Origin: the human T2T-CHM13v2.0 reference genome, Homo sapiens
Length of the DNA stretch: 64,000 bases
Assembly: GCF_009914755.1 (NCBI RefSeq)
Contig: NC_060925.1
Reading direction: 5' to 3' (one strand)
Shown here: in pieces, positions 28,880 through 43,601 of the stretch
Layout of the letters: every line of letters starts with the position of its first letter
Position numbering within the stretch: position 1 is the first letter of the stretch
The notes under the pieces: model-generated
The model's input: only the letters and a program-made list of their open reading frames with translations
Told to the model about the DNA's origin: nothing
Database searches by the model: none
Translations under genes and position numbers: made by a program

Positions 28880-31049
28880 ATAATTATTAATATAAACATC
28901 ATCAGTGAGAATAAGATCATTGAAAAATTGACAGTTCTGCAAATAACTTAAGAAATTTCAATTATCCTCCTTTTTTCCTTCCAAAGCCTACTTTATTACT
29001 CCCATAGTGTATCACCGTGAAAGAGTATATGAATCTTCCAGCAATCTTCTTGTTGGATCTTGTGTTAATGACAACAAACACAAAATCTGGGGGGAAAGGG
29101 GGAGAATCTGCTTCTAAATGTTTAGCACTATTCAACTTTTCAGTTGAAAAAGGGGAGATTCCCAAACCAGGAATCATAGTTGGATATCAAAATATCTCAC
29201 GGGATACAGAAATAATATGAAGAGAGGAAAAAGTGTTAGAAAATAGTAGAGAACCTTATCACAAAACATTTGTTTCCAGTAAATCTAGGCTCGGCATTCT
29301 TTAATAAGTCCAGAAGTTACATAAAAGCAATGAAAAAGAAGATAGCAGAGTCAGTTTTCTGAGGTCTGTGACTTGGGTTCCAGCAGGCCAAATTTTAGAT
29401 AGTCCATGGACTAATGTTGATTTTTGTGGCTCAACCTGAGAACATATATTCTCTTTGGTGTCCTGTGAAATACTGGCAGGGCTTGGCCAGCTTCCTTGGT
29501 TCTTTATGGACAGTCCAAGCCCTGAGATACCAGACATATGGCCTTCTGTGAGTGTGGTCTACCAAACATGTCACTTCCCATTTCCAAGACAGCTGGGAAA
29601 AAAAAAATTATTTTGCTGCCAGGCAGGATCAATCTATGGTAAAAATCTGTGTAAGTTCAGAGACAACTGGTTGTTCCAGATGGAAAAGGAGAGTCCATCT
29701 CGTGTCTTGTCTGTGTGTGTTCCCATCCCTCCAGCAGTGCCCTTTATTGCTCGTTAAGGATTACATTCCTTTTTCTGTCTGTTATCCCAGGCTCAGGAAA
29801 AAAAGCCCTTGACGGGTTAATGAATTACCCAGCACACTGAATCATCTGTCTTGTGTTTCTTACTAAATGAGAGGCTTTAACAGATCAGCGCTGAGGTGTT
29901 GGGAAGTGTGTTTCTAGTAAACGGCAAGCTGATGAAAATGCCTCAAAGCCTTACAATTCACGACCTGAAGGCAACTCCAGGAGAGGATAGTTTCCAAAAC
30001 ATACCTCCTTTCAGCTCTTGTCCATTGGCTGCGAATTCAAAAAGTGGATGTAATTGTCAAGTTTTTTTTCAAGGGCTGAGTTAGTTACAACAATGTACTG
30101 TTTAGTAGTAGCAACTGTTAACCTACTTTTTTTTTCAGGAGTGACAATGGGTACAATACATAGCAGCATTCCCACTTTCTCACCTTGACTTTGCTTTAAT
30201 TAAGGCGTGCATTGGCAAAACATTTGAAATGCATTCTCTTTCTGTGAAATGGATGTTTTGCTTTATCAAAGGCCATCTGAAAGCTGAGATCAATCTATAG
30301 GTACTGACAAAGATAAGATGTTAAGTCAAAAACAAACAAACAAACAAACAAACAGAAATTGCCAAATAGTACGTATGGCAGATCCCATTTATGTAAAAAT
30401 ATGTGTAAATATAGTATGTGTTAGTATTTGAGTAGAAGGAATTTGAAACACTATGCACCACATTATTAATAACTGTTATGTCTGAGGGTGGAATTGCCAG
30501 GGCTTTTTACTTTCTAAGACATCTGTATGGTTTGCCTTTTATACAATAAGCATCTGTTACTTTCGAATCTGAAAGGGAATGGGGGTGCCAAAATAAAGTC
30601 ACTCCAAAAAATTCAACTGATTTCTTAGTCATACAGTCAAACTAGCTGAGCTATCCAAATGCAAACATAAGAAGCTTACCAATGGGGAATGGACTGTACA
30701 TACTGTAAAAGGTAGCATTGTTATATATTAATAAATATTACATACACAGGATAGGCTTCTAAGGGCAGAAGCAAAGAACAAATGCCAGAGAGAAAGAATT
30801 TTCTATTTCTCATTTAAAAAATTAACTTGTTAAAAAATAAACTTAATTTAATTGGAGAACTTTTTCAAACTCACAGACTTATTTTGGAAGATTACTCGTT
30901 TTAGTTACGTAACCTGAACCCTCAGTTTAGGAAAATGCTCAGCAAGAATATGACAGATGTTAATCGGTAGCATTTAATGGCAAATTGCTGATGTTGTTCA
31001 ATTAATCATATCAGATCTAATGTCATGTTTTTCTGTGATTTGTGAGTCA

Positions 31050-31320
31050 TCCCAGTGTGGTATAGTGAAAAGTATATAGGTTTTAGAGATTCCGCTTAGG
31101 TTCAAATCTCCCCTCTCCCACTATACTTCCAATTTGATTTTGGATCAATTACTTAACCCCCTTAAGCCTCGGTTGTTTGAATTAAATGTATTTTATAATA
31201 ATAACTGCTTAATAGGCTTGTGATAAGGCCTAAACAAAATGATCTATAAAATGCATTTTATAAACTATAAAATGCTCTAGCATATAGTAGGCACTGAATA
31301 TTGAGTGAATAAATGAAAGA
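31050..31320 (+). mobile_element. MIR (with L2-like 3' end)
   Basis: ggttcaaatc...ttacttaacccccttaagcctcggtt. Confidence 0.65.
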
Positions 31321-33742
31321 ATTAGGGAATATTATTCTAGACTTTGTTTAATGTCCACACAAAATGAGAGAGACAGAAAAAGAAAAACAGAGACAGAGAG
31401 GGTGAAAAGAGAGAGAGAGGAGAAGAGAAAGACAGAAAAGAGAGAAGAAAGGAGAAAGTTCCAGTTCCTTCAGGTGTGGAGTTTCCTAAGAATGAAAGTG
31501 ACTCATGATTTAGAAAAGGAAAAAAGTGAACAAGCAATAACTGAATGCAAATCCTAGGTTTGGAATAATGCTGCAACATTTTGAAATTGCCACACAAATC
31601 ACACATAATACCTACTATCCTTTAAGGCCTTCTCAAATGTCACAGCCATGATGAGGCCTTTCCTAATTTCCCAGGCAGTGGTAGGAACTTCCTCTATATG
31701 TTCCACAGCTAAGCGCTGGAGGTGTCAGCCATGAGAAACTTTGCCTTCCATCATGAAGTGCACTGCTCTCAGCTCGTTCCCAGGGAATTAATGCTAGGAT
31801 GTTCTTTGCATAAAGGTAACTTTGGATTAGACTTGGGGGTATGTGCCTGACCCAAGGCGACCCATCTAATGAGGTCCTAGCATGAAAAGATTACCTGGGC
31901 CAATCAAATTCTCTTTCAGAGAAATTGAAACTAATAGAATCAAAAGAATTTGCTAGTTGGAGAGAAGAACCCACTTGCAGAGTGAGTTCCCTTAATGACA
32001 GTGCCCCAGAATGACAATTCTGTGACCCAAGTCCACTCTTGGTCCCATAGTTAGGAAATAGGTAAAGCTGAGCATACACTCAAGGATTTCTTAACTTAGT
32101 TATCCAACACAGGTGATTTTGGTGTGTGCAAGCACTTCAGAGAGGAGTTTAAAAAGCCCCGTTCTTTTAGAAATAAGTTGATATAGCAGCTTGCTTTTAG
32201 CTAATCACCCATTACTTTTCTTTCCTTATCCTACAGCTCTTCCCACTCTCCTGTTTGCCACCTACCATGCCTGCACGGCAATCTAGACACCAGAACATTT
32301 GAAGGACCGCAGAGCCAAACAGTTCAGGTGTGAGTCTGATGGCTAGTAGAGAGGTAGGGACCAGAGATACAGATTTGGAAGTTAACAAAACTGCTGATTT
32401 AAAATCTGCAAAAGTAGAGGAAGATGCCCAATGATTGTAAGGGTGGTTAGAAGATCCTAGAAGAAATTCTGTAGATACAAATGCTTAAACACTGGGCAAC
32501 AGAGAAGGAGGAGAAGGAACTCGTGGAGGAACACTCAGAGAAGAGACCAATATAGAGACAATTGGCAATCCTTTCCCAAGAGGTTTCAGTGGGAAGGTAG
32601 AGATAGAATTGAGACTGCAATGTGTTTTGAAATGAGGTTGAACTAAGGAAGTGGAGCAGTGATTGTTGCTAACCCTCTTAAAGAGATTAGCAGAGGAGGA
32701 AATGTCCAGGAAGGCTTGGCATCCTTAAATGCTCCCTCTCCACCCATGGGCAAGGCTACAGGCATCCTATAAATGCAAGCTTGACTTAGCTATCTACACT
32801 TTGAGAATTCTTTCTGCTCTGGCTCTCATCCAGCTTTCTAAACTTTTGGTTCTATTCTTCTATCCTTACTTACCAATCTTTTAACTCCCATCCATTTTTT
32901 TCCTCTTTGCCCAGCTCATTTTAGATTGATACAGTGTGTGGCTGTCTCTTTGGTTCTGACCCTATTTCACCTGGAACACTATCTTCAGTTCCCTTTTTGT
33001 TTCATGGCCTGAGCTCTACCCTACTCCCTTTCCATCTGAGCACCCAGACCCTGGCTCCTGGCTTCCCTGAGCCTCCCATTTTGCCAAAGTTTGGAACAGA
33101 ATTGGTTCATAAGGAGAGATATAGGGCAGTGATAGAGAAGGATAGAGCCAAAGAAGCAATTTCACTCTGAGAGAAACCGGTTAGAGGGGAAAAAAAAACC
33201 CAGTAGAGGATGTTAAAGGTAGAAGAGAGGAGGCAAGACTGCTGGGACACATTTCCCATAGGTGGAGTGGAAAGGGGTTGAGGACATAGATGGAGGCCTT
33301 GACCAAGGGAAGGGATCTCACCGTCTAAGGCAAGAGGGAAGGAGATGATAATAAGAATCAGTACAACTAAGTTGGTAGGAGGTAAGGATTCCCCTGAGAG
33401 TTAGGAACCTGAAAGTTAGGTTGGGCAAGAGGTTTGAAGACTTGCGAAGGTTTGGTGGCCACTCAGGTGAAAGGTAAAGTGAATTAAGCAAGGAACAGGA
33501 TTATGGAGTAACACTGCAAGACCTGTAGAAGCTAAAGACTCAGCACTTGTACCAGGACCTCCTGCACCAGTGTACGATTTTCTCCAGCAGTGCTTCAGCC
33601 AACAAGGATCATCTCTTATTATCCAGGCTGACAATCAATCCTGGTGGTTAAGACCAGCATTCCCAGGACCTGCCTTGGTTCCAGGCCAGGGGTCAGATGC
33701 ACTGTCCTTAGGACACTGGGGGAGTCAGAATGGAAGAATCTT

Positions 33743-34040
33743 TATTTATTTATTTATTTTTTGAGTTGGAGTCTGGCTCTGTCGCCCAGGCTGGAGTGCA
33801 TTGGTGTGATCCTGGCTCACTGCAACCTCTGCCTCCAGGTTCAAGCGATTCTCGTGCCTCAGCCTCCTGAGTAGCCAGGACTGTAGGTGCGTGCCGCCAA
33901 CCCTGGCTAATTTTTGTATTTCGATGATGATATGAGGTTTCACCATGTTGGTCAGGCAGGTCTCAAACTCCTGACCTTGTGATCCGCCTGCCTTGGCCTC
34001 CCAAAGTGCTGGGATGACAGGCATGAGCCACCACGCCGGG
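33743..34040 (-). mobile_element. AluS
   Basis: TSD CAGAATG(G/A)AAGAATCTT at 33726 and 34041. Confidence 0.95.
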
Positions 34041-35627
34041 CAGAATGAAAGAATCTTAACATCCCTTCAACTCATCTGTTCAGTCTGTGGACATACCTGA
34101 ATTTGACAGAAGAATAGAAGACTACATGGAGGAATTATTATTTTACATGATCAAGACCAATCTCCCCACTTGCTGCACATCAGCTCTGTCCTGATTGAAC
34201 CCTGATGGAGACCCAGTCTGCTTGCTGGGCTTCCTGCTACAACTGGAAATTCTTGTGACCCTTATAATCCAGGCTGCCCATTTTCCAGTGGGGACTGAGC
34301 ATGCGGCTTTCCTGGTCTCTCTGCCATACATAACGTGATGCATTCTTGGGCAGGCTGTGCTTCGTGTATGGAAGTTTGATCCAAGTGAGGCGTACTGGCT
34401 GAGCCCTTCACAAACTCCAGCAGGGTTAAGACCTTATCAGCCACTCTGCAACAGGCCTCTGGATCCTGGCCTGTGACCTGCCTAGAGCAGTGCTGCTCTG
34501 AGTTTCATTTCCAACAGCCTGGCTGGACGCTCCACAGTGAGCTGCCTGAGACTGTTAAGGGGCTGAGGGCACAGCTGCCATGGTTGTCTGGAATGAAGTA
34601 CCACTTTGTACAAAGGTGTCTTGCTTGGCGAACCCCACTTCCACAAAGAAATATCATGTTCTCTCAGCAGAGAAGGAAGCCAGCCAGGACTGAGGGGATC
34701 CCACCTCCTTCCTTACCTGTCCAGCTACCTTCCTTGGAATGTTCTGGCACTCTTGTGGTTGCACAGGGCCAAAGGTCCCTTAGATCCTAGGCCCTGTGGG
34801 TGCTTCAGCTTCACTTTGCTAGTTATTGCATTCTGATCTGGATACACAGCTACCTGTCTGCCAGAGTTTATCATTTCCTTCTTGGGATGACTGAATGCCC
34901 CAAATTGGCCTCTGCTAGTCAGGGCAGGGTATTACAAAGTAATGATCACATGTTTTATAATATGCCCCTTCTGATTCTTGCTGATGCAGGGCCTGGCATG
35001 CCTACCAATGCACGACCTCACCATAACCTGCATCCCAGGTGGGAAGCTGCGCATTTCATAAATTCCCCAGGCACATGAGGCTCACCCTGCCTACCCTGTT
35101 ATAGCCTCTGAATCAGTGGCCAACACAGCAATGTTATGCTCAAAAGGCCAAGGAGACTTAGCTTAAAAGTGGGCTGGGCACACACACAACTCTGCCACGT
35201 GGATATACTAAGTTCATCTCTCCTACATACACAGATCCCCTAGTGTCACCTATTTAACCATTTGGTATAAAAGTAAACCCATCTTAGAATAAAATCAAAT
35301 CTAGAAGTGTAATAGAGAAGGAGAGGGGTTGTGTAGAGGTGAAAAACAAATCACATTTGTGCCTCCACTGTACATTGAGAACATGAAGATGTAAGAAACT
35401 CTGTGGAACTTAGCTTTTTACATGCAGAAAGAACTAAGTTTCATCTGCACATTCTTGTATATACCTGTACAGACACACACAGACACACACTCAGAGAGAG
35501 AGAGTGAGGGAGAGAGAGAGCATCCTAAAATTTCTGGCACACATAAATGAGTTTAAGTCCTGCAGGACCTTACACACCCAGTGCTTTCTCTACATTGATG
35601 AATAAGAAGATATTAAAATGGGATCCT

Positions 35628-35882
35628 TGGGAGGTTGAGGTCAGGGGATCACTTGAGGCCAAGATATTGAGACAAGTCTGGACAACATAGTGAGACCCTG
35701 TCTCTCAAAAAAAAAAAAATTAGCCAGGTGTGGTGGCGTGTGCCTGTAGTCCTAGCTACTGAGGAGGCTGAGGCTGGAGGATCAATTGAGCCCAGGAGTT
35801 CCAGGCTGCAGTGAGCTATAATCACGTCACCGCACTCCAGCCTGGGGGACAGAGTGAGACCCTGTCTCAAAATAAAGATAAA
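35628..35882 (+). mobile_element. AluJ, 5'-truncated
   Basis: J-type arms. Confidence 0.9.
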
Positions 35883-37619
35883 ATGGTATTCTTCTAGTTA
35901 CAGTCTCAAAGTTCCAAATGCAAAGGACAAAAAAAAAAAAAAAAAGCCCCAAGTACCCATGCATTCCAAAACAAGGTGCTAGACCACCTATGCAGAACCT
36001 GCCAGCCTAGCCATCACCTATCTCTGCTCTATAAAAGAGTGAGGGGAAAGAAGCTAACTGGGAGATGGCGGGTGGTGTGATGTGGATCCTGCCTTGTCTG
36101 TGGGAGATGGGAGTTGGGTTCCCCCTTCATCTCAGGCCCAGGGGAAGCGGCATCAAGGGAATACTCAGCTAATTTCACACATCCTCATGACTGGCTAACT
36201 AATTTGTGGGATCCAGTACAAAATGCAAATGTGGGGCCCCTTTTTCAGAAAGTAGGAAGAGATGGCATTAAAAGTACCAAATTATTTAAAGGAAAAAAAT
36301 CGTGCCATTACTCTTGAAAACAAATCCTGGTGAAGCAGGCCTTGAGGCCCACTTTGGGCAAAACACAAGGCCCAGGCCCCCCAGGAATTCAGAGATGAAA
36401 AGCAAGTATGTTTTTCGTCAATTGCCTACTGTGTGCCAGGCATTGTGGGAGAAATTTTACACGTGTTATCTTGTTTGACCTTCATGACAGTCCTTGTTGT
36501 TTCTACAGTAGATTCTACAAGGTCATGTAGATGGTGAGTGGCAGAGACAGGATATGGGCCCAGGTGTTACAGGGTCTCAAGTCTGAGTTCTTTCTGCTGG
36601 ACTTCAGTGTCTCCCAGGCAAGATGGGAAAGGGTGGGATGCTAGCACTTTTGGAGCATCTCCTGGTGCCAGCACTCTGCTTGATGGAGTTGGTCCAGCTG
36701 TTTGAGAATGAGCTTCTGTTTCTGGGGGATTCTTTCTAGGCTCTTTAGATATGCCCCTAATCTCCACTATTCACCATAGTGGCCTGACTGCCAGAGGAAC
36801 TGGAATGCTGGTGGAGAAGAGAACAGAAATGTCTCTCATTCTCTCATACATTCATTTGTTCATTCATGTACATTACTTGCTTGAGCCTTTCTCCTCTGCA
36901 TCTCTGATTTCCCAGGGCAATTGTGAGTCTCTCTCTCTCTCTTTCTTTTAACTTCCTCTTAGTCTAGGGCCAGTAGAATTTAATGAAAAGACAACTGGGA
37001 GGTTATGTACATGATGAAAGGAAAATAAATTATTTCGGGATAGCATGCTTTCTGAAATGAGATTTCAATGTATTAAACAAACAAAAAAATGACCTGTCTG
37101 GCTAATTATCTTCTTTGTCCAAGAATTATTTTATTACTCAATTTAGCCATAAGGTCCATGTAACTAACTGTGATCAGATAAAACAAAAAGAGTCATAATT
37201 AAGCAGAAGCTGGGCAATGAGGTTGATGATCCTTTTCCCTTAAGGTTATGATCTTAGAATGTTTGTAAATTCATGACTGTATTTGATGCCTTGTCTAAAA
37301 CGTGGCCTGAAATGCTGGAGCTGCAAGTAACCTTAGCAACAAAGCAAGTAAGGAGAATGCCTTATTGTGGAAAACAAGGATTTTAACAGCTTAAGAGTTC
37401 ATGGTGGTCCCTTTGTTTGAAAGACAAGGAAACTGAGCACCAGAGATGCTAGATAAATTTTCCTTAGATACCCAGCGCATTAAGGTAGAACTGGTATGCT
37501 TCCCAGCTGTAAGTCCAGGGCTTTCCCATTATGTCCTATTATTTTACTTATGGTTTCTTTTCAGAGGTTATATTTGCTTAATTGCTTATTTATATTTAAA
37601 TGCTTTTGTCTTCATTTTT

Positions 37620-39150
37620 GTTGCTTTCATTGCAAAGAAATTTACAGCAGGAGAATAAGTCTCCCTTTAACTTCTCTCTTTCAGTAGATACATTTTCTCT
37701 CCAGTGGAAACCTCTGTTAATGAACTATTGTGTATTCCTCCTAAATTTCCCCATGCATTTATAAGCACATATATTGTTTTCTTTTTCGTAAGTGGAAACA
37801 TATTATTCATATTGTTCTGAGGCTTGCTTTTTTCATTTAACATTCTACTACAATAGTACAAAGATACCAATCCCATTCTTTTTAAAAATTGAGCTATATT
37901 CCACATAATATAAAATTAATCATTTTAAAGTGTACAATTCAATGGTTTTTAGCGTACTCACTATGTTTTGCAACCTTCATTACCACCTTAATTCCAGAAC
38001 ATTTCCATCATCCAAAAGAAGCCCTGGTATTAGTCATGTTTCTTCAGAGAAACAAAACCAATAGGATAGATCTAGATGTAGCTCTAGATATATAGATATG
38101 TAGATATATGTAGATGTGTGTAAATATACATAGATATGTATAAAATGAAATTTATTATGGAAATTGGCTCATGCAATCATAGAGGCCAAGAAGTCCTACA
38201 ATATGCCATCTGAAAGTTAGAGAACCAGGAAGGGTAGCAACAATTTAGTGTGAGACCAAAGGCTTGAGAACCAGGGAAGGGCTGGGGAGGTGTTGCTGGT
38301 ATAAGTCCCAGCATCTAAAGGTTAAAGGTCCAAGAACCAGGAGCTCCAATCTCTAAGGATGGGAGAAGATGGATGTCACAACTCAGAGATGGAGAGAGAG
38401 AATTCAGCCTTACTCTGTCTTTTTGGTCTATTTGGATCCTCAATGGATTGGATGTTGGCCACCCACATTAGCGAGGGCAGATCCTCTTCCTTCAGTCTAC
38501 TGATTCAAATGCTACTCTCTTCTGGAAACACCCTCGCAGATACAACCCAAAATAATGCACTACCAGAGAACTTGGCATCACTTAACTTAGTCAAGTTGGC
38601 AATAAAGTTAACCATCGCATCCTGTACCTATTAGCAGTTAGTCCCAATTCCCCCCATCTTTTCAATCCCATGGCAACCTCTAATCTACTTCATGTCTGTC
38701 TAGATTTGCCTACTCTGGACATTTCATATAAATGGAATCATGCAATATGTGGACTTTTATGTCTGACTTCTTTTACTAAGCATAATGTTTTCAAGGTTCA
38801 TCCATATGCTAGCACTGAATAGTACTCCATTTCTTTTGATACCTCATAGATATCCATTGTATGTATATGCCACATTTTGTTGTTCATTCATCAGTTGATG
38901 GACATTGGGTTGTTCCTACTTTTTGATTATCATGAATAATGCTACTATGAACATCCTACATGTTTTTGTGTGGCTGTATGTTTTCAATTCTTTTGGGCTC
39001 ATTCTTTTGAATTACTGCATAATAGTCTATAATCTGAATTTACCATTTGTAACCATTTCTCAAATTGATGAACATTTACATTTTATTCATTTTTTATTGA
39101 TTATGAATAATGGTACAATGAAAATCCCCATGCATATTTCTCTGAGACAG
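37620..39150 (-). mobile_element. L1M (L1MB/ME-like) fragments
   Basis: cattttaaagtgtacaattcaatgg; ctggacatttcatataaatggaatca; tcaaggttcatcc. Confidence 0.8.
38027..38619 (-). mobile_element. MLT2 (ERVL) solo LTR nested in L1
   Basis: gtattagtc...cagagaaacaaaaccaataggataga; ends ttaaccatcgca; L1 text resumes (ccctg/tcctg TSD-like). Confidence 0.88.
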
Positions 39151-39412
39151 ACACTCTAGTGTAAAGAGAGCACTTTATCTGAATCCCTGCACAGCAACTT
39201 CCTAGTTAAGCCAGTTGCTTATCCTGTTTCTTCATCTGTAAAGTAGAAAAGGAATAGAAAACTCTCAGGGATAATGATTAATATAAATAAAGCAGTTAGA
39301 TGGGGATTGACACATGGCATGTGTTCAGTAAATATTGTTAATATTATATGTAAATGTTTCTATAGTTTAGATTACTAAAAACAGATTTTTGGGTCAAGGT
39401 ATTTATATTTTA

Positions 39413-39894
<482 letters not shown>

Positions 39895-39982
39895 TTACTA
39901 ATTGCCCTCCAATAAGGTTATACCAGCAGGAATGAGAATGTCAATTTTCCCACAGCTTGGCCAGTTCTGGAAATTATTAAGC

Positions 39983-40514
39983 TTTTTTTTGTTTGTTTTT
40001 AAGAGACAGGGTCTTGCTTTATTTTCCAGGCTGGAGTGCAGTGGCACAATAATAGCTCAGACTCCTGCACTCAAGCAATCCTCCTGCCTCAGCCTCCTGA
40101 ATAGCTGGGACTACACTTATTAAGCTTTTTAAGTTTTAACTTTTGTCTATCTCATAGGTAAGAATGGCATCTTGTTGTTATGATTTTCATTTCTCTAAAT
40201 TACAACTGAAGTTAAGTATCTTTTTATTTTTTTGAGACAGAGTCTCACTCTTGTGGCCCAGGGTGGAGTGCAGTGGCACGATCTTGGCTCACTGCAACCT
40301 CCGCCTCCCAGGTTCGAGATTCTCCTGCCTCAGCCTCCCCCGAGTAGCTGGGATACAAATGCGTGCCACCATGCCTAGCTAATTTTTTGTATTTTTAGAA
40401 GAGACGAGGTTTCACTGTGTTAGCCAGGATGGTCTCAATCTCCTGGCCTCATGATCCGCCTGCCTCGGCCTCCCAAAGTGCTGGAATTACAGGTGTGAGC
40501 CACCGTGCCCGGCC
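39983..40514 (-). mobile_element. 5'-truncated AluJ arm (39983-40115) and AluS (40221-40514)
   Basis: TSDs ttattaagcttttt and tga(a/g)gttaag(t/a)atctttt. Confidence 0.9.
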
Positions 40515-40729
40515 TGAGGTTAAGAATCTTTTAATATATTTATTGACTACTTATATTTCTCCTACTGTGAAATACCTATTTACATCTGAGGCACACTTTT
40601 CTACTGATTTGTAGACTCTATGTATAGTTACTAGCTTTTTGTTATGTATTTTGATACCAGTTTCTCTTAGTTTGGTTCTTACCTTTTAACTTTTTCCCTC
40701 AGAAAGAGTTCATCACAGTGAGCCATGAA

Positions 40730-41000
40730 CTTTGTCCTCATAATCACTCAAGTTCTCAGGCTGATGGAGCAACTGCTATTTTGATAATTTCTGGTTACCT
40801 TTCTGGAGGGAAGAGACTTCTGGAAGGTCTCTCATTGGCCACTGAAAGCTCAACCTAGAAATGACACAGATTACTTCTGCTGACAGCTCATGGGTTAGAA
40901 CTGGTCACATGGCCCCACCCAACCACACGGGGATCAGGAAGTATAATCTTAGCTTGAGCCCAGAAGGTGAAAAGCTGGAAATGTTCTGTGAGCAGCTTGA
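40730..41000 (-). mobile_element. Old MLT1 LTR fragment
   Basis: caggctgatggagca...gaactggtcacatggccccacccaaccac. Confidence 0.6.
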
Positions 41001-41787
41001 GACAGATGGAAACAAGAGAAGAAACAGTGGAGTGGTAACGGAAGTGTTGACACGACTCCAGATATTAGGCAAGAAGGCTGTGATCAAGTAACAGAGAATT
41101 AATTTCAGTTGTGTTAGAAAGATGTAGCTTCAGGATGGTATTTCATATGAAGTAACTCTGGAACAGGAATCCAAGAAGGGCCACATTTTCTGAAATGTTT
41201 CTGAAGCTGATAGGGTTCTTAACATTTAAAGAGTGAGCATTCAAAGAGTGTTTTTGCTCATCAGCCATTGATTTAATCCTGATGTGAGGAGTTTATATAG
41301 ATCATCCAAATATTAAGCCACCAAGCCAGACGGTATTTTGAATGCATTTGGGGAATGGCAGAACTGTCTGTTCTTGACTAAGTGCCTACCCAACCCCCAT
41401 CCTCTGTAAGCGCTCTTAGTATGTGTGTGTGCACTTCGGGGAGAGAAAAATCAATACCTTCTTGGATAGGTGGAAATTGAGCTATGTCAAGGCATACACG
41501 CATTGTCTGATAGCATCTTTCTGCCAGGAATCTAATATATTGATCAAATTTCCCTAGCAGGACAGCCATGCAATATACAATAGCAAGACAGGCTAATGGT
41601 AGGAATGTTGGCTATGCATTCCTTTTGAAATAGTTCCTTCACCCAAGAAAACAAAGCTTGAGATCTCCATGCAAGGCACTGCCCCTCCTGATGAGTGCCT
41701 TAATCTCTTTGCAACGTCTGGCAGAGGTCACAAACAACACGCTCTCCTATCTGTTTCTGTGGTTCACCTGCTCCTCACTGAGGGTGA

Positions 41788-42187
<400 letters not shown>

Positions 42188-43601
42188 CCTCCCCTCTTCT
42201 TTGAACCGAAGCAACATTTCCTTTCTTCCCCAGCAACAGCAGCAAATATGTGGGTGGCTATTTGGCTGCAGCTCTATGTAGCTATAGAGGCTGTACCTTT
42301 GCATTGTGCCCGTGCTGTTTTGACTGTTGTTAATAACTTTTGTTTCTTGTTGTTGTTAAAATGATGAGAAGAGGAAAAGAGCTCTCTGCCTTGGGCCTTT
42401 CAAATATGCTCATGCTCATTCCTATCTTAGAATGATGACACAGAAGCACAAGGGGCATTGGCTGACACTCTGTTCATCGATGATAGGCCTGCCTTCAGCT
42501 GCTAAAGAGGAAGTGACATGGAGAAGCAGAGAGGAGGATGTGCCTGTATTTTTAAATAAACTGCCTTGTGATGCAGAAGGCCTGTGAAACATTTGAGATA
42601 TTGAACCCTAGATACATGGAAAATTACTCACATGATTTTGTATTTTTTTCCCCCTAATGACTCCAGTAATCCAAAGGAAGATTATTCCGGTTAAATGACT
42701 CATGTAAAACACGTTTTTCAACTGTATCTTGGGCAAAGACGAATCTATTCAGAGATAACAATTTATTATTTAACGTTTTGACAGGTCTACAGAAGTACAA
42801 GTCAATTGAGTCCAAATAAAGAACTGTGCTATTTTTAACGACTTCTAGATGTTCTCGGCAGAAGCAAGGCCAGGTTTTGTTAGAGGAAAGAACAGGTTTA
42901 TGGTTTTTTCCTTCAGGTTTTCACATAAGATTTGATAATCAAAATAATATTTTAAAGGCAAAGTCAAGAAGTAACCTTGGTAATGTTTATGAAAATATGA
43001 TGAAAGGTTTAGCAAGAAAAAAAAATGAGTAATGTGAAAACTAACTATACCCTGGAACTAGAAATAGATGCATCTGTTAAAAGAGAAAAAATTGTAATAT
43101 TTTTACTACCTCATTTCTATTATTGCATAGATTGTTGGAGGATTATGTACTTTATAATATGCTTTTCCTTTCCCTAAACAAAGCCATCCCATCCTTTATA
43201 GATGAAAAATACCATCCTATTTGAACTTTATCATTCAAATGTACAACAAATCTAATATAGGATTTTAATATTTTTACAATGTTTTCAAACATTTTAGAAC
43301 TGTTATTTTACTTGATAAACATGCATTATTATCAGGTAGGTAGGCATGATTATTATTCCTGTTTTATTAAGGAGGCAATGAAGACCAAGGTCACATAGCA
43401 AAGTAATAATAAAATTGTAACACAGTTCTTTAGACCAAAAACTAATCATATTTTTAGGCGTAAACTTATCTTTATTTTCTTTCTTTTCCCGGCACTGAGT
43501 TAAGAGTACATAGAAGTCTTTGAAAAGTTTTGTTTGATGTATAATTTTTAAAATCTTTCTTCTGAAAGAGTGATAAATGAGGGTTTTGTTCCCTTTGGGG
43601 T

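Noticed and set aside
34060-34476. Nearly open + frame (139 codons, TGA at 34192 and 34336) suggesting a pseudogene
   Set aside because: No protein family recognised, no poly-A or TSD, and such runs are expected somewhere in six frames of 64 kb. A translated search would settle it.
34711-34722. Consensus minus-strand donor CAG|GTAAGG as a lncRNA exon end
   Set aside because: No matching acceptor or promoter found; an isolated 9-mer is expected by chance.
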